This document shows, in pieces, positions 29,812 to 33,282 of a stretch of DNA of 33,282 nt (its first letter is position 1; the number at the start of each line of letters is the position of its first letter). Location: contig MRSU01009229.1 in assembly GCA_008369845.1 (NCBI GenBank), forward strand, positions 1 through 33,282, in the 5' to 3' direction. The notes under the pieces are model-generated. The model ran no database searches. It was not told the origin of the DNA and saw nothing but the letters and a program-made list of their open reading frames with translations. The translations under genes and the position numbers were made by a program. This DNA comes from Trichomonas gallinae. Lineage: Eukaryota.

Positions 29812-32313
29812 ATGTTTGGAGATTTCGTGAATATTGATGTTTTTATAAATGAGAGCAGAAGTCATGAAATCTCCTCCCTCATTGTAGATTCTTTATATGA
29901 TTCATTAAATGATGATTCCTTTTACAATAGATTCGAAACTGAGGATGATAGAGAATTTATTTTCGATTTTTTACTCAATTCTTTAAATGTTCCAGAAAAA
30001 TGCTTAAGTTCATATGAAGTGTTATCAAAATTATTCATTTCGCTACCTTACAAACATAATTTATCGCAGGAAATCTATAATTCATATCTTCAAAAGCTTC
30101 TAATCTCAACACAACCAATATTAAGTGACAATACATCACAAAAAGTACAATTTGAGACTCTAAATTTCATCAGCAATCTGCTTTCATTTAATGATGAAGA
30201 ATATTTGAACTTTTTCTACGAAGACACATGGCTTGTGCTTCTAAATACTCTTACCAATTGTATTAATACAAGTATCAACTTATATTTCGATCAGAAACTT
30301 GGCGCATTTGTAAATTGCGTTTTATTAGCACGTGTTTCCAAATTTAAATTATATAAAGCAGTGGATTGCTTCATGCAGAATTTTATAAATGTTCCACATC
30401 AAGAATTCTACTTAACAAATTATTATTTTCAAGTTTTAACGCGATTTTTCAAGTTTCCGACAAAAGATGCAACACCAATCGAATTATTATCGCATAAATA
30501 CTCAATTTACCTTTTAACACAAATGAATAAGTTATGTTCAGAACAAAATAAATCGGAATGTTTCACAAACATTTTATCAATCGAAAATGAGTTCAACACA
30601 TCTTCACATCCGTTTTTGAAGCCACTTTTTCCTGTCAATCAAGTTTTACGCTTATTTGCTGATTGTATTTTCATAAATCCTTGTAATTGTTTATCCATCA
30701 TTTGCCATTTGAATATGCTCAGTTCATGCAGTTTAGAAAATGATTCTCCTTGGGCCAAAATCTTCATTAATTTTATTTCAAATTATTTACACGGAAAAGA
30801 TTTGTCACCTGATGAAATGTCAGCATTATCCATTCTCTCAGCATCAAATACATACATAACACGCGAAATTTTCCCTGTTTTGGTCAAAAAATACGAAAAT
30901 TCAAATCAAGCTTTCATTCATCATCAATCTACGCTTTTATCTAACTTGTATCAGCTTGGTGTTGCCCTTGAGTCTGATAATTTTATCAACGAAACGAAGA
31001 AAATGATGAGCAAACTTGATTTATCGAAAATAGAAAAACCAGATTACAAAATTTCGTTATTTTTCCATGCATTAACGACAAAATGCATCTATATCATGTC
31101 ATTTCTGATGCATCCAGACGCGCAACAGCTAGATTTCAGGTTAATTTCTTCGTATTTATTATTATTATCTCTAGTTCCATCTTTTACAGGTGGAAATGCG
31201 ATGGCCATCGAAAACTACTTTTACAGTGTCCTAAAAATGCTAGAAGACATAAACTGCGAAGAGATTTTACCTCAAATCGCAATAGCAGCAATTTCGCTAC
31301 ATAAGTTTACCGATTTGTTCGCCAGCGCGCCTATGATTGTCTCCATGCTGTTTAAATTGGCGGAGAAGTACAGCTCAAAAATGCTTCTATTGGTAGCAAA
31401 AGCGTGCACAGGCATGATGTGCACACCAAAATTCGCTGAAGAAGTTGCCAAGAACGGAAAAACGAGAACGATGGTGATGAACAGCAAAATTTTGACATTT
31501 ATAGAACCAGACAACCCTGAAGAACCATTGCAGTTATTAGTGAGAAAGACAACAGGTATATACTATCTTAGGATACTAGACAAACAGTTATACACAGAGC
31601 CACAGCTGGCAAAAATCAAAAAGGATATATATAGTATAGAAGAAATTCTTAATGATAGTGATGGACCTTTTAGTCGTGCAAACTTGCAAACAAACTTCGT
31701 GAAACATTCAAATAGGACATCAAACTTCTTGCAGTCAATGGGTATCATTGATATTCCTCCTGAATCTAATGTTTCAACAAAGAAATTCGATGATTATTGC
31801 ATCATTCCTGAATTTTTCGTGAGAATTGTCAACATCAATTTGCATTCAACTGATTATAGTGGAAATAACCCAGGATCAAGGTATATAAGGTTCAAAGAAG
31901 ACCTTGGAGAATCATATGATGCACAAATGTGCAAAATTACATTCAAAGAAAATATATCATCGCCTGTTGTTGTGATATTTAATGAAACGAAGATGAGATT
32001 TAACAAAAACATCAGTGATTTAAATGAGCCTGTTGTATTGTATGTTTCTATGAACGATCAAACTTGCGAATATGATCAATTAACATATTTAATAAGAGCG
32101 GTGAGACTAAGTAAGACGAAAATCATTTTTCCTATGGCAGAAGACTCTGATCACTTATGTGCTGCAAAGAATCTCGCGAAATTTATTTTCTCTTTCGTTT
32201 TTTATTTCCTTGGAAGTTATTCTTCGGATGAAAACAGCACTGTTCCTGATATACTTGTTCCATTTATCAGGAATTGCGAAGAAAGACTCAGATTCTTTAA
32301 TAATATTCAATAA
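29812..32313 (+). CDS. Large helical protein, possibly degenerate RalGAP/tuberin (Rap-GAP)-like
   Basis: HEAT-like helical N-terminal region; C-terminal LLVRKTTG, NFLQSMG, GSRY.RF..DLG and VVVIFNE recall Rap-GAP family proteins. Start is ATG 29812 or 29779; stop within TAAA. The CDS is secure but the family is tentative. Confidence 0.7.
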   Translation: MFGDFVNIDVFINESRSHEISSLIVDSLYDSLNDDSFYNRFETEDDREFIFDFLLNSLNVPEKCLSSYEVLSKLFISLPYKHNLSQEIYNSYLQKLLISTQPILSDNTSQKVQFETLNFISNLLSFNDEEYLNFFYEDTWLVLLNTLTNCINTSINLYFDQKLGAFVNCVLLARVSKFKLYKAVDCFMQNFINVPHQEFYLTNYYFQVLTRFFKFPTKDATPIELLSHKYSIYLLTQMNKLCSEQNKSECFTNILSIENEFNTSSHPFLKPLFPVNQVLRLFADCIFINPCNCLSIICHLNMLSSCSLENDSPWAKIFINFISNYLHGKDLSPDEMSALSILSASNTYITREIFPVLVKKYENSNQAFIHHQSTLLSNLYQLGVALESDNFINETKKMMSKLDLSKIEKPDYKISLFFHALTTKCIYIMSFLMHPDAQQLDFRLISSYLLLLSLVPSFTGGNAMAIENYFYSVLKMLEDINCEEILPQIAIAAISLHKFTDLFASAPMIVSMLFKLAEKYSSKMLLLVAKACTGMMCTPKFAEEVAKNGKTRTMVMNSKILTFIEPDNPEEPLQLLVRKTTGIYYLRILDKQLYTEPQLAKIKKDIYSIEEILNDSDGPFSRANLQTNFVKHSNRTSNFLQSMGIIDIPPESNVSTKKFDDYCIIPEFFVRIVNINLHSTDYSGNNPGSRYIRFKEDLGESYDAQMCKITFKENISSPVVVIFNETKMRFNKNISDLNEPVVLYVSMNDQTCEYDQLTYLIRAVRLSKTKIIFPMAEDSDHLCAAKNLAKFIFSFVFYFLGSYSSDENSTVPDILVPFIRNCEERLRFFNNIQ

Positions 32314-32511
32314 ATTGTTTTGTATGAATGTTTTAACTTTGATTTTGATATTTTACATGCGCTTAGTAGATATGAATATAAATTTTGGTTTAATAACAAT
32401 TATTTTAAATTTCAAAATTAAATATTTAAATATGAGAGAAATGTTTGAAAAAATAAAGTCTGAAATAGTAGAGTTTTATACACTAGTGTTTTAAAATAAC
32501 AATGTTGAAGA

Positions 32512-32868
32512 TTATTTTGTATATGATTCAACATAATAAGCTGTTTGTGTTTTAACGGCAGGCGGTTTGTAATCGAGTGCAAGCTTCATTGTTTCTGTCT
32601 TTTGGATGACAAGCTGAACACGTTTTTTGGCGAGATCTAATCTGTCACATATATTATTTAAGCGTTGTATTCCACCTTGAAGGTCTTCCTTAGGAAGCTT
32701 TTCCTGGATTTGTTCGAATTGTTGCAATAAAGCAGCAATTTTTTGAACGACTTCAGCTTGTTCTTTCTTTACGGACTCAATTTGCTTGTGGGTGACAGAC
32801 TCAAGTGTTTTGCAGCACGACAAAATTTCTGTGTCAATAACCTGCAGCGATTCTTCGCGTTTACTCAT
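32512..32868 (-). CDS. Small coiled-coil protein, SNAPIN/BLOC-1 subunit-like
   Basis: 118 aa of continuous heptads, with a V..EQ..V...I..L...DL...I.RL pattern. AAAGTGAC 7 nt before the ATG. Confidence 0.7.
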   Translation of the reverse strand: MSKREESLQVIDTEILSCCKTLESVTHKQIESVKKEQAEVVQKIAALLQQFEQIQEKLPKEDLQGGIQRLNNICDRLDLAKKRVQLVIQKTETMKLALDYKPPAVKTQTAYYVESYTK

Positions 32869-33248
32869 TTATATTGTCACTTTTACAAATAAACTCACAC
32901 TTTTTCATTTGGAATCTGTCATGTAAAACGACAAATTTGACAAATACAAAATATTTTTCTTTCTCACTAACAGCATCAAAAACAATGCTCAAAAAGCACT
33001 TTCTCTTTTTTTATCTTTTTCCATCATTGAACAGATATAGGGAAGAATATTAAAATCCATGCAGAGAATCCAAGGTCATGTGCAACCAATAATTCGAATA
33101 AAACATAATTTATTAATGATTTATCAATTTAAAATTTCTGCCGTTTTGAAATTTACATGACATTTTTTGATGTCAATAATAATGGAACATATAAATTTGA
33201 TACTATATTGAAGAATGGCACTATCTATTAAAGTAATATGATGTCAAC

Positions 33249-33250
<2 letters not shown>

Positions 33251-33282
<32 letters not shown>
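33251..33282 (+). repeat. Terminal poly(A) run (32 nt)
   Basis: The window ends in a pure A homopolymer. Confidence 0.9.

Noticed and set aside
32960..32975. Intron branch-point-like ACTAAC
   Set aside because: Lacks the trichomonad ACTAACACACAG 3' motif and a matching 5' splice site.

Overview
AT-rich, gene-dense eukaryotic DNA with no introns that I could recognise. It is very likely a trichomonad (Trichomonas vaginalis-like). Evidence: TCA(C/T)T Inr-like and AAAGTGAC (M2) elements just upstream of many ATGs, an M3+M5 promoter in front of RPL32, TAAA poly(A) signals overlapping stop codons, and ankyrin relics. Recognisable genes are a CDC50 flippase subunit, a kexin-like S8 protein that has lost its catalytic triad, SKI2, a Tubby-domain protein, RPL32, a HAD hydrolase, ORC5, bacterial-type ATP-PFK, a Dpy-30-motif protein, a cullin, an RBBP5/Swd1-like WD40 protein, and several hypotheticals. 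I see no prokaryotic system, CRISPR array or intact transposon. The best leads are: (i) a coiled-coil+ARM protein resembling meiotic HSF2BP/MEILB2; (ii) a recurrent upstream motif TTTG(A/T)CATGTAAA, including a phased 7-copy array; (iii) two phased triplets of a palindromic GGGGGTGACACC site; (iv) a ~150 bp element present twice in inverted orientation; (v) the pseudo-kexin; (vi) a gene lacking an AUG at its apparent signal peptide. All family calls come from motif recognition by eye, not database searches.
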